Source of the DNA: Bacteroidaceae bacterium
Lineage (GTDB): Bacteria > Bacteroidota > Bacteroidia > Bacteroidales > Bacteroidaceae
Assembly: GCA_045597585.1 (NCBI GenBank)
Contig: JAZLKL010000181.1
Location: forward strand, 965 to 64,964
DNA length: 64,000 nucleotides
Direction of reading: 5' to 3'
Part shown: positions 28,503-38,207 of the stretch, one piece after another
Position numbering within the stretch: position 1 is the stretch's first letter
How the letters are laid out: each line of letters opens with the position of its first letter
Translations under genes and position numbers: made by a program
The notes under the pieces: model-generated
The model's input: only the letters and a program-made list of their open reading frames with translations
The model's database searches: none
What the model was told of the DNA's origin: nothing

Positions 28503-30434
28503 ATGCTTCACGGATTCCTTAAAACAGCAGCAGCTATTCCTAATGTTAAAGTTGCCGACTGCCAATATAATACAGAGCAAATAAAGAGTCTCATCATGCA
28601 AGCCGAGCAAAACGGCATTGAGATTATCTGTTTTCCTGAATTATGTATCACGGGATACACTTGCCAGGACCTCTTTCAGTCACAGCAACTGCTCGATGAT
28701 GCTGAGATTTCGCTGATAAGCTTGATGGACTTCACCCGCAACTACGATATTATTGCCATCGTAGGATTGCCTATCCCTTATTGCGGTTCGTTGCTCAACT
28801 GTGCCGCTGTGCTGCAGAAGGGTAAGATTCTGGGTATCGTGCCTAAAACCTACCTACCCAACTACAAGGAGTTCTACGAGCACAGATGGTTTACCAGCGC
28901 GGCAGATATTCGCGAAGGACACATCTGGCTGTGTGGACAGCAGATACCTCTTGTCAAGCATCAGATCTTCCATTCAAGCAGCTGTGTGTTTGGCGTAGAG
29001 TTGTGCGAAGACGTATGGGCGCCCAATCCACCCAGCACCACCTTGTGTATGCAGGGTGCAGATGTCATCTTTAACCTGTCGGCCAGCAACGACTACATCG
29101 GCAAATATTCATATCTCAAGAGTCTGCTTTCCCAGCAGAGTGCCCGTTGCATCTGTGGATATGTATATGCTGCCTGTGGATTCGGCGAAAGTACTCAGGA
29201 TGTCGTATTCAGTGGCAAGGCCCTCGTTTATGAGAACGGCACTTTACTGTGCGAGGCTTTACGACATCAGTTCAACCCACAGCTTATAACTTGCGACATC
29301 GATGTGGCACGTGTACGCACCGAGCGCAGAATCAACACCACGTTTGCCTCATGTGCAGCCACCATCAAGGACCTTCCTATTCATATTGTTGACTGCGACA
29401 TGGTTATACAACGTGAACAGCCACTTGACCGCAGCGTCAATCCTTATCCTTTTGTCCCCGCTGGAAAAACACTCGATGAGCGATGCGAAGAGATCTTCGA
29501 CATTCAGGTGGAAGGACTTGCCAAACGCATCATCCACACCAATGCACAAACGGTGGTACTGGGCATTAGTGGAGGACTCGACTCTACACTCGCCCTTCTG
29601 GTTTGCGAGCGTACATTCAAGAAACTGGGAAGAGACCTAAAGGGGATTGTGGGCATCACTATGCCTGGTTTTGGAACTACCGACCGCACCTACACCAATG
29701 CCATGACATTGATGCAGAACATGGGCATTACCATACGCGAGATTAGTATCAAGGATGCATGTATTCAGCATTTTAAGGATTTGGGGCATGACATCAATGT
29801 ACATGATGTGACATACGAAAATGGACAGGCACGTGAGCGCACACAGATCCTCATGGATGCAGCCAACCAGATGAATGGCTTGGTTATCGGTACGGGTGAC
29901 CTCAGTGAGTTGGCACTTGGCTGGGCAACCTATAACGGAGATCACATGAGCATGTATGGTGTCAATGTTTCTGTACCCAAGACACTTGTACGCCATCTGG
30001 TTACCTGGGTGGCTAACAACTATGCAGACGAAAACACGAAACCCATTCTGCTTGACATTGTGGATACTCCTATCAGCCCGGAGCTCATTCCTGCAGACGA
30101 AGACGGCAACATCACACAGAAAACAGAGGATCTTGTGGGACCATACGAACTACATGACTTCTTCTTGTATTACACACTTCGATGGGGTTTCCGTCCAGAG
30201 AAGATATTCTTCCTGGCTCAGCATGCATTCAATGGAAAGTACGATGATGATGTCATCCTCAAGTGGATTCGCACTTTCTTCCGTCGCTTCTTCGCACAAC
30301 AATTCAAACGTTCTTGTCTGCCCGATGGACCGAAGGTGGGTTCTTGCTCACTCTCTCCTCGTGGTGACTGGCGTATGCCTAGCGATGCAAGTAGTGCAGC
30401 ATGGTTAAATAGTCTTGAAAAGTATAGTGAGTAA
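28503..30434 (+). CDS. nadE: Glutamine-dependent NAD+ synthetase
   Basis: N-terminal nitrilase/CN-hydrolase domain (FPELCITGY, CED), C-terminal SGGLDS PP-loop domain, 643 aa. Confidence 0.9.
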   Translation: MLHGFLKTAAAIPNVKVADCQYNTEQIKSLIMQAEQNGIEIICFPELCITGYTCQDLFQSQQLLDDAEISLISLMDFTRNYDIIAIVGLPIPYCGSLLNCAAVLQKGKILGIVPKTYLPNYKEFYEHRWFTSAADIREGHIWLCGQQIPLVKHQIFHSSSCVFGVELCEDVWAPNPPSTTLCMQGADVIFNLSASNDYIGKYSYLKSLLSQQSARCICGYVYAACGFGESTQDVVFSGKALVYENGTLLCEALRHQFNPQLITCDIDVARVRTERRINTTFASCAATIKDLPIHIVDCDMVIQREQPLDRSVNPYPFVPAGKTLDERCEEIFDIQVEGLAKRIIHTNAQTVVLGISGGLDSTLALLVCERTFKKLGRDLKGIVGITMPGFGTTDRTYTNAMTLMQNMGITIREISIKDACIQHFKDLGHDINVHDVTYENGQARERTQILMDAANQMNGLVIGTGDLSELALGWATYNGDHMSMYGVNVSVPKTLVRHLVTWVANNYADENTKPILLDIVDTPISPELIPADEDGNITQKTEDLVGPYELHDFFLYYTLRWGFRPEKIFFLAQHAFNGKYDDDVILKWIRTFFRRFFAQQFKRSCLPDGPKVGSCSLSPRGDWRMPSDASSAAWLNSLEKYSE

Positions 30435-30452
30435 TCAAATGCCATTACTTAA

Positions 30453-31166
30453 ATGAAAAAGTTAATTATCAGTCTTTTCTTATTGATACCCACCCTGTTA
30501 AATGCCAAGGTGTATCTGGTGTCAGTAGGTATAAGCGACTATCGTGGCACAGAAGACGATCTGACGCTTTGCAAGGGAGATGCAGAAGATGTAGCTGCCC
30601 TATACAAGAAAAACAACAATGCAGAAATCGTATTACTCACCGATAAGCGAGCCACAACTACGTCTGTGACACAAAGCATGAACAATCTGTTCAGTAAGGC
30701 CAAAGAAAACGATATTGTGGTATTGTTCTACAGTGGGCATGGTGAGCAAAAAGGCTTGTATCTGTATGATAAGACATTAAGTTTCAAAAACATAGTGTCT
30801 ATCTACGACAAATTGAGATGCAAGAACAAGATGATTTTCCTCGACAGTTGCTTCTCGGGCTCTCTTCGTGGCAAGGCCACCATACAACAGAAAGACATCG
30901 TACTGAGCAATAATGTAATGTTTTTCCTTGCCTCACGCAGCAATGAATATAGCATTGAGAACAGCTGGGACTTCGAAAACAGTTACTTTACCCATGCCCT
31001 CATACGTGCACTCTCTGGCAAGGCAGATGCTAACCGAAACCGTATTATTACGGCCAAGGAATTGTTCGCTTATGTCAGCAAGCATGTCAAAGAGTATTCC
31101 AACAACAAGCAACATCCAGTGATGTGGGGACATTTCTCCGATGATATGCCTGTAATGAAGTGGTAA
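30453..31166 (+). CDS. Secreted caspase-fold (peptidase C14) protein
   Basis: Signal peptide, VSVGISDYRG, and catalytic-dyad contexts FYSGHG (His) and FLDSCFSG (Cys). It starts 18 nt after the nadE stop. Confidence 0.8.
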   Translation: MKKLIISLFLLIPTLLNAKVYLVSVGISDYRGTEDDLTLCKGDAEDVAALYKKNNNAEIVLLTDKRATTTSVTQSMNNLFSKAKENDIVVLFYSGHGEQKGLYLYDKTLSFKNIVSIYDKLRCKNKMIFLDSCFSGSLRGKATIQQKDIVLSNNVMFFLASRSNEYSIENSWDFENSYFTHALIRALSGKADANRNRIITAKELFAYVSKHVKEYSNNKQHPVMWGHFSDDMPVMKW

Positions 31167-31388
31167 GAGTAAAGTAGGTTAATGGCTTCTCAAATTCATA
31201 AATTCTCAATTCCCACTTTCTTTACTTTTGTATTCTTGACTTTGTATTACATATACTTTACGTAACAAAGACATGTATAATTAAACTAAAAGTATCGATA
31301 TTAAAAAGAAAGAATTGATATTTTGTGAGTTAAAAGTTATTTTTTTTATTTTTTCTTGGTTTTATTTTTTTGTTCATACAAATCTTTG

Positions 31389-31396
31389 TATCTTTG
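31389..31396 (+). promoter_or_regulatory. -7 promoter box (TATCTTTG) for the HU gene
   Basis: Lies 49 nt upstream of the ATG at 31445. Confidence 0.6.
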
Positions 31397-31444
31397 CATC
31401 GCAAAAAATTAAAATTAAATATTTACAACAAAGGTTTTATTATC

Positions 31445-31723
31445 ATGACAAAAGCAGAATTGGCAAATGCTGTTTCAGCAGATTGCGGTTTGACTCAGGC
31501 AGAGAGCCTTGCAGCCATTGAAAGTGTGATGAAGGTCATCAAGGAAACTCTTCAGAAAAAGGAAAACGTCTATTTGCGTGGTTTCGGTACTTTTGACTTG
31601 AAGCACCGTGCAGAAAAGACTGCTCGTAATATTTCTAAGAATACAACTATCGTTGTTCCTGCTCACGATCTTCCCCACTTTAAGCCTTGCAAGGAATTTA
31701 CTTCAGCATTTACCAAGAAGTAA
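31445..31723 (+). CDS. hup: HU-family DNA-binding protein
   Basis: MTKAELANAVS...LRGFGTF...R.ARN...P motifs, 92 aa. Start moved from 31370 to the ATG after the promoter box. Confidence 0.9.
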   Translation: MTKAELANAVSADCGLTQAESLAAIESVMKVIKETLQKKENVYLRGFGTFDLKHRAEKTARNISKNTTIVVPAHDLPHFKPCKEFTSAFTKK

Positions 31724-31744
31724 ATATATCTCAACAGAAAATAT

Positions 31745-31786
31745 AAGAGGGTGTGTCAATATTCACGTTGATATACCCTCTTTTTA
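31745..31786 (+). terminator. Rho-independent terminator of the HU gene
   Basis: Stem AAGAGGGT/ACCCTCTT followed by TTTTT. Confidence 0.75.
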
Positions 31787-31810
31787 TATAGATTTTGATT
31801 CTGATTTATC

Positions 31811-31933
31811 TAAGATTTTAAGGCTGTTGGGCGACGCCAAAATAATGCGTTCCCTTATTTTTGATTTAGATTTTAACCCGGATTTTAATATCTTGGTAAA
31901 AAACCACCCTAAAAATAGATAAACGACATAATT
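31811..31933 (+). repeat. Palindromic intergenic element, copy A (intact)
   Basis: It matches the reverse complement of 48815-48858 (about 41/44 by eye) and of 48961-49016 (about 50/55). Its left end matches 50004-50049. Confidence 0.75.
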
Positions 31934-31998
31934 GCTAAATTATCAAATAAATCGTAGATTGTAAATTGTCAAATAGTAAATAAAGTTAAGGGATTACC

Positions 31999-32985
31999 TT
32001 ATGGTTTGTGTAATGTAATAACGGTTATTTCAGGTGCTGCACCTATACGGAAAGGCATCAATCCACCTGCACCTATATTGATATACAACTGCTGAGAACC
32101 TTCCACATACGCACCATCAGAACGATTAAAGAAGATTCTGCAAGGTGTCCATCCCAATATCTTACATTGCATGGCATGGGTATGTCCTGAAAGGGTTAAG
32201 GGAATGTTAGTCTTTCCTACTACTTCCGCATCCCATTGCGAGGGATCATGAGCAAGCAATATCTGAAAGACATTCTCTGTACCTTTCATAGCCTTGTTCA
32301 GATTACCTCTACGCACCCTCTGACGAAATCCGCAAGCTTGATTCTCACTTCCAATGATAGCAATACTATCACCGTTATGATGCACGAAGACATTCTCATT
32401 GAGAAGAAGATTCCAATTCAATGTATTTCGTTCAATTTCAACGAGCTTCTCTCTATCAGCCTCTTGACCGAGTGAGTCAAGCGACTTGTCATAAATGCCA
32501 TAGTCGTGATTGCCAAGTATGCTAATAACTCCATCTTTGGATTTCAATTTGCTAAGCTTATCAGAAAACATTTCCAATCCTTTATGGTTATACGATACCA
32601 GGTCTCCTGTAAAACAAATCAAATCTGCATCCTGCTGATTTACCACGTTTACAATTGTATCAAGGTATGACGGATTGTCTTCAAAGCCTTCCAGATGCAA
32701 ATCAGAGATCTGCACTATCCTATATCCATCAAATGCAGCGGGCAAGCGACTGTCGTGAAATTGCCACTCTTTCACCTCATAGCACCAACGACCACAGAAA
32801 TGACCGTATAACAACAAGATGGACCATATTATACTCAGACATGCAGATACATATCCGAATCTTCTATAAGATATCTGCTTGTTATATCGTTTTTTATAGA
32901 TAAACCTTACGAGTAACCAAACAAGCAGGATTAACAATACCAAAACGGCTATAGTAATGAACAGGGTTAATAGTATGATACCCAT
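31999..32985 (-). CDS. Membrane-anchored calcineurin-like metallophosphoesterase
   Basis: Two N-terminal TM helices and the motifs SDLHLEG, TGDLV, GNHD and GHTH. Confidence 0.8.
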   Translation of the reverse strand: MGIILLTLFITIAVLVLLILLVWLLVRFIYKKRYNKQISYRRFGYVSACLSIIWSILLLYGHFCGRWCYEVKEWQFHDSRLPAAFDGYRIVQISDLHLEGFEDNPSYLDTIVNVVNQQDADLICFTGDLVSYNHKGLEMFSDKLSKLKSKDGVISILGNHDYGIYDKSLDSLGQEADREKLVEIERNTLNWNLLLNENVFVHHNGDSIAIIGSENQACGFRQRVRRGNLNKAMKGTENVFQILLAHDPSQWDAEVVGKTNIPLTLSGHTHAMQCKILGWTPCRIFFNRSDGAYVEGSQQLYINIGAGGLMPFRIGAAPEITVITLHKP

Positions 32986-32996
32986 TATGTCAAAAA

Positions 32997-33569
32997 TTAA
33001 CGAATAGAAATAACCGTTGTCTCGTTCACGAATCTATGCATAGCCTTGTACCAGCTGGCAGAGTATTCTCCTTCTGAGAGTTCAAAAAGAACCAACTTAT
33101 CGTGATCCTTAAAAATGTCACCCGTAGTATTCTCTTCATCTTCCACATAATACAAGGTGATATGATTACCTTCGGCCTCTCCTTCAACATAGGCTTCAAC
33201 GAAGTTCTCATCATCGACATACAGAACCATTCCACCAGAATACTTGTCGGTTTCGTCTTCTTTCAAAGTGATGATAATATTCATATCATAAAGCGAACCA
33301 TTGGCTTCATTCGTCACCTTTGTGCTTGCATAGTATTCGCTGTCCCATCTATAGCAACCTACGCTCATACTATCATTCTGCAATGTATCATTAGCCAATT
33401 GCTGATTTCTACGATTAGTAATAGCAGTCAGTTTACTCTTCGTACCAGGATCAACTACACTTGGAGTCACCACATCGCTAATAGCTACAACCCGATCTTC
33501 ATTTTTGGTGCACGAAACAAAGACAGTTGTCAAAACGACCCCAACAAATACCTTAGCATTAATATTCAT
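32997..33569 (-). CDS. Hypothetical lipoprotein
   Basis: Lipobox-like VFVSC. No other motif recognised. Confidence 0.55.
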   Translation of the reverse strand: MNINAKVFVGVVLTTVFVSCTKNEDRVVAISDVVTPSVVDPGTKSKLTAITNRRNQQLANDTLQNDSMSVGCYRWDSEYYASTKVTNEANGSLYDMNIIITLKEDETDKYSGGMVLYVDDENFVEAYVEGEAEGNHITLYYVEDEENTTGDIFKDHDKLVLFELSEGEYSASWYKAMHRFVNETTVISIR

Positions 33570-33635
33570 ATAACAATAGGTAAAGTTGAAAATAATAAAA
33601 CAACAAAAAAACTTGCTAAAAGAATTAATACTTTT

Positions 33636-34250
33636 TTACTCAACTACTTGATCTACTACTTTTGCTTCTACTCCACGAATCAACTCAAACTTCTCTATCA
33701 ATTGGGGTACAAGTGAACGTCGCAAACTTAGATGCAACACGCAATTATTATCGTATGATTGTCCCAAAATATCAGGGTTTATATCTTTCACCACCTTCAT
33801 TACAGCATTCATCAGAGTATATTCAAAATACACATCTACTCTATCGTCTACTGTATATTCTTGTATCTCAGCGTGTTCAATACATGCTGCCGCTGCAATC
33901 TTATAGGCTTGCGTCAAACCGCTTGTACCCAGTTTTACACCACCAAAATATCTTACTACAATAATCAATATGTCAGTAAGATTATTACTGTTTATCTGAC
34001 CAAGTATGGGTTTTCCTGCAGTTCCACTTGGCTCACCATTGTCCACAGCACGAAACACAAGACGCTCATGTCCAAGCATATATGCATAGCATACATGACG
34101 AGCATCATAGTATTCCTTTTCATGCTGAATGACCAAAGCCTTCACCTCCTCTGTGTTTTTCACAGGGAAGGCAAAGGCTAAGAATTTACTGCGTTTCTCA
34201 GAATACTCAGCAGTTGAAGGGCCAGTAATACTGAGATAAGAATCAATCAT
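33636..34250 (-). CDS. yigZ: IMPACT/YigZ (UPF0029) family protein
   Basis: KRSKFLAFAFPV...DARHVCYAY...DNGEPSGTAGKPIL pattern typical of YigZ. Confidence 0.8.
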   Translation of the reverse strand: MIDSYLSITGPSTAEYSEKRSKFLAFAFPVKNTEEVKALVIQHEKEYYDARHVCYAYMLGHERLVFRAVDNGEPSGTAGKPILGQINSNNLTDILIIVVRYFGGVKLGTSGLTQAYKIAAAACIEHAEIQEYTVDDRVDVYFEYTLMNAVMKVVKDINPDILGQSYDNNCVLHLSLRRSLVPQLIEKFELIRGVEAKVVDQVVE

Positions 34251-34255
34251 ATTAT

Positions 34256-35524
34256 TTAGTCAAGCTTATGGATGATGAGTCCGCTACGGAGCTTAGGCTC
34301 AAACCAGGTTGCCTTGGGGGGCATGATGTTGCCAGAGTCGGCAATATCCATAATCTGCTTCATGCTGACAGGGTACAAAGCAAGTGCAGCACGCATCTCA
34401 CCGCTATCCACACGACGCTTCAACTCACCCAGTCCACGCAGACCACCTACAAAGTCGATACGCTGACTGCTACGCAAGTCACCCAACTCAAGGATATCCT
34501 GTAAGATAAGACGACTGCTAATATCTACATCAAGTACACCAATGGGGTCATTAGGGTTGAATGTGCCTTCCTTGGCAACGAGCGAGTACCATTGACCATC
34601 AAGGTAAAGACTGAACTCGTGAGCCTGCTGGGGACGATATTCGTCAGCACCCTTCAAGGTTACATCGAAGTTAACTGCCAACTTTTCAAGGAACTGCTCC
34701 GAAGTGTTACCATTCAAGTCCTTAACCACACGGTTGTAGTCAAGAACGGTAAGCTGACTTGCCTGGAATGCCACAGCCATGAAGAAGTTGTACTCCTCAT
34801 CACCCTTATGGTTGGGATTCTGGTTGGCCTTCTCTGTACCTACTAATGCAGCAGCAGCACTTCTGTGGTGACCATCTGCGATGTAAAGAGCAGGCATCTT
34901 GGCAAACTCATCAGTAATCAACTGGATATCAGCATCGTTATCAACAATCCACAACTGGTGACGGAAACCGTCAATAGGAGCGATAAAGTCATATTCGGGC
35001 TGACCAGCAGCATACTTCATGATAAGTGTATCGAGAGTAGCATTGTCAGGATAGGCAAAGAATACAGGTTCAATGTTGGCATTGTTCACGCGAACATGCT
35101 TCATACGATCCTCCTCCTTGTCGCGACGAGTCAACTCATGCTTCTTGATGACACCTGTCTGGTAGTCACCCTGGTAAGCACCGATCACCAAACCATACTG
35201 AGTTTTCTCCTTACCGCCATTTGCAGGCAGATGCGAAGTCTGAGCATAGATATAATATTGTTCCTTAGTGTCTTGTACCAACCATCCCTTATCCTGGAAC
35301 ATCTGGAACTGACGAGCAGCCTCCTCATACACTTTAGGATCATATTCGCTGGTACCAGGCTCAAAATTGATTTCGGGCTTGATAATGTGATACAAGCTCT
35401 TTTCATTATCACCAGCTTCGGCACGTGCCTCCTCGCTGTCAAGTACGTCGTAAGGACGGCTTTCCACCTGCTCTACGAGTTCTTTGGGAGGACGAATACC
35501 TTTAAAGGGTTTTACTATAGCCAT
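34256..35524 (-). CDS. DUF1015-family protein
   Basis: MAIVKPFKGIRP N-terminus and the ADGHHR motif typical of this family. Confidence 0.75.
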   Translation of the reverse strand: MAIVKPFKGIRPPKELVEQVESRPYDVLDSEEARAEAGDNEKSLYHIIKPEINFEPGTSEYDPKVYEEAARQFQMFQDKGWLVQDTKEQYYIYAQTSHLPANGGKEKTQYGLVIGAYQGDYQTGVIKKHELTRRDKEEDRMKHVRVNNANIEPVFFAYPDNATLDTLIMKYAAGQPEYDFIAPIDGFRHQLWIVDNDADIQLITDEFAKMPALYIADGHHRSAAAALVGTEKANQNPNHKGDEEYNFFMAVAFQASQLTVLDYNRVVKDLNGNTSEQFLEKLAVNFDVTLKGADEYRPQQAHEFSLYLDGQWYSLVAKEGTFNPNDPIGVLDVDISSRLILQDILELGDLRSSQRIDFVGGLRGLGELKRRVDSGEMRAALALYPVSMKQIMDIADSGNIMPPKATWFEPKLRSGLIIHKLD

Positions 35525-35643
35525 GATTTTAATACTTTATGGGTTAGTAATAATTAGAGACAGATATTGACTATGAAATATAATGTTTTCTAATTTAAGT
35601 ATTTAAAAAAACTTACTTAAAGAAACACACTACTATTCATAAC

Positions 35644-35841
35644 TATTGCTGTCCGATAAAATTCTTGGATTCCGAGCTTAGCTTCTTTCGTTTTTTCCAC
35701 TAAGCTATTCCTTTCACCTTAGGTTTACTCACGGTGCGCTCACAGTTCTCCACGGATTTGTGAGTGATCTGTGAGTGCACCCTGAGTGCACCCTGAGTGA
35801 AGCCTGTATGACGAGATTCAGTTTTTTACCGGACAGCAATA
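35644..35841. repeat. Element bounded by a perfect 12-bp inverted repeat (TATTGCTGTCCG / CGGACAGCAATA) with internal GTGAGTG/CCCTGAGTG stutter repeats
   Basis: The repeats are read directly at 35644-35655 and 35830-35841. The element lies between the serA stop and the DUF1015 start. Confidence 0.6.
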
Positions 35842-35876
35842 ATTTATAGCCAATATTTTATAACAAATTCCGAATA

Positions 35877-36800
35877 TTACTTGTTTACCTGGAACTTGGT
35901 GATGCCCTGCTCCAAGAAACCAACAATCTGGTTTGCAGCAGCAATACCGGCATTCACATTAGCCTCTGCGGTCTGAGCACCCATCTTCTTGGGGGTAGCA
36001 AAGTAGCGACCAGCACACTGTGCAGCAAACTCAGCATCCATGTCGGGCTTGATATCAGCAAGATACTTGATGTCAGTACGCTCCTGCATAAGAGCCAGCA
36101 ACTCAGCCTCGTTGATAACCTCCTTACGAGCGGTATTCACTACGATAGCACCCTTCTTCATCTTGCCAACGAGGGCAGCGTTGATGCTCTGCTTTGTCTC
36201 GGGAGTTGCGGGAATGTGCAGCGATACAATGTCACACTGCTCGAAGAGAGCATCCTGATTAGCTACGGCGTGTACACCAGCAGCCTCAATAGCTTCAGCG
36301 GGGCAGAAAGCATCGTATGCATATACATCCATACCGAAGCCCTTAGCTACACGAGCTACATTGCGACCTACGTTACCGAAAGCGAGGATACCCAGCTTCT
36401 TACCCATCAACTCAGTACCACTGGTACCATTGAAGAAGTTACGAACACCGTAAACGAGCAAACCGAATACCAACTCAGCCACGCTGTTTGCGTTCTGACC
36501 GGGAGTATTCATAGCCACTACGTTGTGAGCAGTAGCTGCTGCGAGGTCGATGTTGTCATAACCTGCACCTGCACGAACCACAATCTTGAGGTTCTTAGCT
36601 GCATCGAGAACTTCTGCATCAACTTTGTCCGAACGGATGATAAGTGCATCCACAGCAGCCACAGCCTCAAGCAACTGACTCTTCTCGGTATATTTCTCAA
36701 GCAGAACCAACTCATAGCCTGCCTTGTCTGTTACTTCACGAATGCCATCTACAGCAACCTTGCTGAAAGGCTTCTCTGTTGCAATTAATACTTTTGCCAT
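35877..36800 (-). CDS. serA: D-3-phosphoglycerate dehydrogenase (2-hydroxyacid dehydrogenase family)
   Basis: NAD-binding GxGxxG (GILAFGNVGRNVA). It is adjacent to serC. Confidence 0.8.
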   Translation of the reverse strand: MAKVLIATEKPFSKVAVDGIREVTDKAGYELVLLEKYTEKSQLLEAVAAVDALIIRSDKVDAEVLDAAKNLKIVVRAGAGYDNIDLAAATAHNVVAMNTPGQNANSVAELVFGLLVYGVRNFFNGTSGTELMGKKLGILAFGNVGRNVARVAKGFGMDVYAYDAFCPAEAIEAAGVHAVANQDALFEQCDIVSLHIPATPETKQSINAALVGKMKKGAIVVNTARKEVINEAELLALMQERTDIKYLADIKPDMDAEFAAQCAGRYFATPKKMGAQTAEANVNAGIAAANQIVGFLEQGITKFQVNK

Positions 36801-36927
36801 TATTGTATAATATTAATATTTTCAACTTGAACTGAAAGTCCGAAGAATGCAAGAAGACGAATCATGATTTCTACATTCTAATTATCATGCCCTGATCCTT
36901 CTGCACTTTCTAAAGGGGTTGTATATT

Positions 36928-36966
36928 AAAAATGACGCTACGTCATTTTGAAATCACGTAGCGTCA
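36928..36966 (-). terminator. Rho-independent terminator of serC
   Basis: Perfect 11-bp stem TGACGCTACGT/ACGTAGCGTCA. On the minus strand it is followed by TTTTT. Confidence 0.75.
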
Positions 36967-36976
36967 AATATTCTTT

Positions 36977-38047
36977 TTAGTGCTTTGCCTCAAACTCCTG
37001 CATGCAAGCGATGAGAGCATTAACATCCTCGATGGTAACAGCGTTGTAGGTACTTGCACGGAAACCACCTACGCTGCGGTGACCCTTGATACCCACCATA
37101 CCCTTCTCGGTAGCGAATGCCATGAAGTCAGCCTCAAGCTCCTTGTACTCGTCGTTCATCACGAAGCAGATGTTCATGCGGCTACGATCCTCCTTGTTCT
37201 CAACAGTAGCGCGGAACAACTTGTTGCGGTCAATCTCACCATAGAGTGCATCAGCCTTCTCGATAGCGCGACGCTCCATCTCGGCTACACCACCGTTAGC
37301 CTTGATCCACTTCAAAGTCTGCAAAGCGCAGTAGATGGGCACAGTGGGAGGAGTGTTGAACATAGAACCGCCCTTGATATGGGTGCGATAGTCGAGCATG
37401 GTAGGAATGGTACGGCTAACCTTGCCGAGCAACTCATCCTTAACGATGACGAAGGTAACACCAGCCATAGAAAGGTTCTTCTGAGCACCACCGTAAATCA
37501 TGGCATACTTGCTAACGTCAACGGGACGTGAGAAGATGTCAGAGCTCATATCGGCAATCAGGGGCACGGGAGAATCGATGTCTTCCTTGATCTCAGTACC
37601 GTAGATGGTATTGTTGGTGGTGATGTGGAAGTAGTCAGCATCAGCAGGAATGCTCCAACCCTTGGGGATATAGTTGAAAGTCTTGTCAGCGCTTGAAGCC
37701 ACCTCGATGGTCTCACCGAAGTTCTTTGCCTCGGCCATAGCCTTCTTGGCCCAGACACCAGTATTCAGGTAAGCAGCCTTCTTCTCGAGGAAGTTGTAAG
37801 GAACCATGCAGAACTCAAGGCTTGCACCACCACCCAGGAACAATACGCTGTAACCCTCGGGGATGTTAAGCAACTCTTTGAACAAAGCAACAGCCTCGTC
37901 AAGAACAGGCTGGAAATTCTTTGCGCGGTGGCTCATTTCCATCAATGAAAGACCACTACCCTCAAACTCGATACATGCTGCACTTACTGCCTCCATGACT
38001 TCTTTGGGAAGCTTTGAAGGACCTGCATTAAAATTGTACTTTTTCAT
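36977..38047 (-). CDS. serC: Phosphoserine aminotransferase
   Basis: [10 protein letters not shown]-terminus, class-V aminotransferase pattern, 356 aa. Confidence 0.95.
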   Translation of the reverse strand: MKKYNFNAGPSKLPKEVMEAVSAACIEFEGSGLSLMEMSHRAKNFQPVLDEAVALFKELLNIPEGYSVLFLGGGASLEFCMVPYNFLEKKAAYLNTGVWAKKAMAEAKNFGETIEVASSADKTFNYIPKGWSIPADADYFHITTNNTIYGTEIKEDIDSPVPLIADMSSDIFSRPVDVSKYAMIYGGAQKNLSMAGVTFVIVKDELLGKVSRTIPTMLDYRTHIKGGSMFNTPPTVPIYCALQTLKWIKANGGVAEMERRAIEKADALYGEIDRNKLFRATVENKEDRSRMNICFVMNDEYKELEADFMAFATEKGMVGIKGHRSVGGFRASTYNAVTIEDVNALIACMQEFEAKH

Positions 38048-38207
38048 TAGTTTTTGTATATTAATTTAATTATACTTTTACCTTAAATCATTTTGGGCTC
38101 ATTTTAGCCATAAAAGCATCAATTTGCCACCATCCGGTATTATTTTATAATACGAGCATGCAAATTTACGATTTATTACTGACATAACAAAGGATTTCTC
38201 ACAGAAA

